64,000 nt of DNA from Lama guanicoe (lineage: Eukaryota). A model generated the notes under the pieces. It worked only from the letters and a program-made list of their open reading frames with translations. It was not told the DNA's origin and made no database searches. The stretch covers positions 23,808,795 to 23,872,794 of the forward strand of contig MU054187.1 in NCBI GenBank assembly GCA_013239625.1. The letters are read 5' to 3'. The position numbers and the translations under genes are program-made. Of this stretch, positions 63,642 through 64,000 are shown piece by piece (within the stretch, counting starts at the first letter, position 1; the number at the start of each line of letters is the position of its first letter).

Positions 63642-63875
63642 CAGTTGACCCTTGAACGATATAGGTTCACTGTGTAGATCCACTGATAGGTGGATTTTTT
63701 TCAATAAATATGCAGTTGGCTCTCTGGACTCACCTGTTTCACATCTGTGGATACAAAGGGCCAATGTATTCATTGTGCAATGCCATTTTATATGAGACAC
63801 TTGAGCATCTGCAGATTTTCGTGTATAGCAAGGGAATCCTGAAAGCAATCCCCTGTGGATATTGAGGAATAACCA
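63642..63875. mobile_element. TcMar-Tigger MITE (MER2/MER8-related)
   Basis: TA + 'cagttgacccttgaac' on the left; 'cttgagcatctgcagatttt...caatcccctgtggatattgagg' + TA on the right. Confidence 0.85.
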
Positions 63876-64000
63876 TATATGTATATACTTGATTATATGT
63901 GTGTGTTTATGTAAATTACATCTTTCATTTATCTATTTGCTTCCGGTTCTATTTGATTTTATTTCTCTGGAATATAAACTATGCTTACTTGGATCTCCTT

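Noticed and set aside
1..64000. CRISPR arrays, operons, NUMTs, CpG-island promoter, intact endogenous viral ORFs
   Set aside because: None seen; the sequence is mammalian repeat-rich noncoding DNA with no regularly spaced repeats, mitochondrial-like segments or CpG island

Overview
AT-rich, CpG-depleted mammalian genomic DNA with no protein-coding exon or RNA gene that I can support. The window is intergenic or deep intronic. The host is most likely a camelid (alpaca, llama or camel): a tRNA-Ala-derived SINE at 44227-44360 resembles the camelid vic-1 family, and the young L1 3'UTRs look camelid-type. Much of the window is interspersed repeat. There are many LINE-1 copies of different ages, including two twin-primed (5'-inverted) insertions with target-site duplications (TSDs). 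Also present are two ERV1/MER41-like solo LTRs, several MaLR/ERVL LTRs, Tigger and hAT MITEs, MIR and L2 relics, and microsatellites. The long ORFs in the track are decayed L1 ORF1/ORF2 pieces or chance ORFs. I found no convincing novel biological system. The best leads are a possible fossil Gypsy gag-pro region (5.4-6.9 kb), a STAT/AP-1 motif cluster, two CpG-retaining non-repeat segments with splice-like signals, and several odd L1 rearrangements. All family assignments come from remembered consensus sequences, not from a database search, and boundaries of old repeats are approximate.
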